Shown: positions 19,573-20,000 of the stretch, one piece after another
How positions within the stretch are numbered: the stretch's first letter is position 1
Layout: each line of letters starts with the position of its first letter
Assembly (NCBI GenBank): GCA_009602735.1
Contig: WELA01000881.1
Location: 110,017 to 130,016, forward strand
Direction of reading: 5' to 3'
Origin: Mesotaenium endlicherianum
Taxonomy: Eukaryota
Length of the DNA: 20,000 nucleotides
Translations under genes and position numbers: made by a program
Notes under the pieces: generated by a model
What the model was told of the DNA's origin: nothing
Databases searched by the model: none
What the model saw: the letters and a program-made list of their open reading frames with translations, nothing else

Positions 19573-20000
19573 GGCTGGTCTTTTCTCTTGACCTTAGGAA
19601 GGTGCTTGACTGGACATTGCTCTCTGAAGTGACCTGGCTGCTGGCAATGAAAGCAAATCGATTTTGCTGAGGCTGGTCTTGGCTTAGTCCTACCACCACC
19701 TCTTCCATAGCCGCCTCGAGGAAAACCACCTCTACCTCTAGACTGTATGGCATTATACTCATACTCATATCCATCACCCTGATCATCCTCAGCCTGGTCT
19801 CCTTCAATTGCATTGTAGGAACCGTGGGGCTTTTTGACAACCTTAGACACCAAAGCATTACTCTGGCGCTTGTGATTGAACTGCTGCTGATCCCAGGCAT
19901 CAGCATCCTGGATCAAGTCAGCCAGTTTCTCATACTTTTTCTCAGCAAAATGACCAGAGACTTCGGATTTCAAGCCATACCTGAAGTATGCTATCCTATA
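19548..20000 (-). CDS. gag: Gag C-terminus of copy 2 (partial at the window edge)
   Basis: Near-identical to the gag C-terminus of copy 1. RGG box and CFHCQQPGHFREQC knuckle. Confidence 0.93.
   Translation of the reverse strand, partial: YRIAYFRYGLKSEVSGHFAEKKYEKLADLIQDADAWDQQQFNHKRQSNALVSKVVKKPHGSYNAIEGDQAEDDQGDGYEYEYNAIQSRGRGGFPRGGYGRGGGRTKPRPASAKSICFHCQQPGHFREQCPVKHLPKVKRKDQPLKDNNSQ

Larger units (their letters stand above)
16947..20000 (-). mobile_element. Second, defective copy of the same chromovirus family (3'-truncated, internally deleted, runs off the window)
   Basis: Colinear with about 8288-10637 and 12347-13050 of the full copy. Lacks about 1.71 kb of pol, most of the accessory gene and the 3' LTR. 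Confidence 0.95.

Overview
Eukaryotic, transposon-dense window with no recognisable host gene. The iMet-type PBS and chromovirus domains suggest a plant or green-algal genome (inference). The centre is a young, structurally complete Ty3/gypsy chromovirus on the minus strand (6015-14820). It has ~99% identical LTRs, a CTAGG target-site duplication, a PBS, a PPT, and gag followed by a -1-frameshifted pol with PR-RT-RH-IN-chromodomain. It sits inside the RT of an older, decayed plus-strand gypsy (about 4904-6014 and 14821-16251). Next come an LTR-like segment (16252-16946) and a second, internally deleted copy of the chromovirus family (16947 to the window end). Four ~335-360 bp MITEs with CCTAG termini cluster at 1420-4252; three have clear 8-bp TSDs. 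The most unusual part is a ~2 kb cassette between pol and the 3' LTR (6734-8785). It holds a sense-strand, non-env accessory gene of about 515 aa, split by one apparent frameshift. The gene appears to have its own promoter and a 5'-UTR intron, and it is bracketed by two copies of a hairpin + polypurine tract + TG module.
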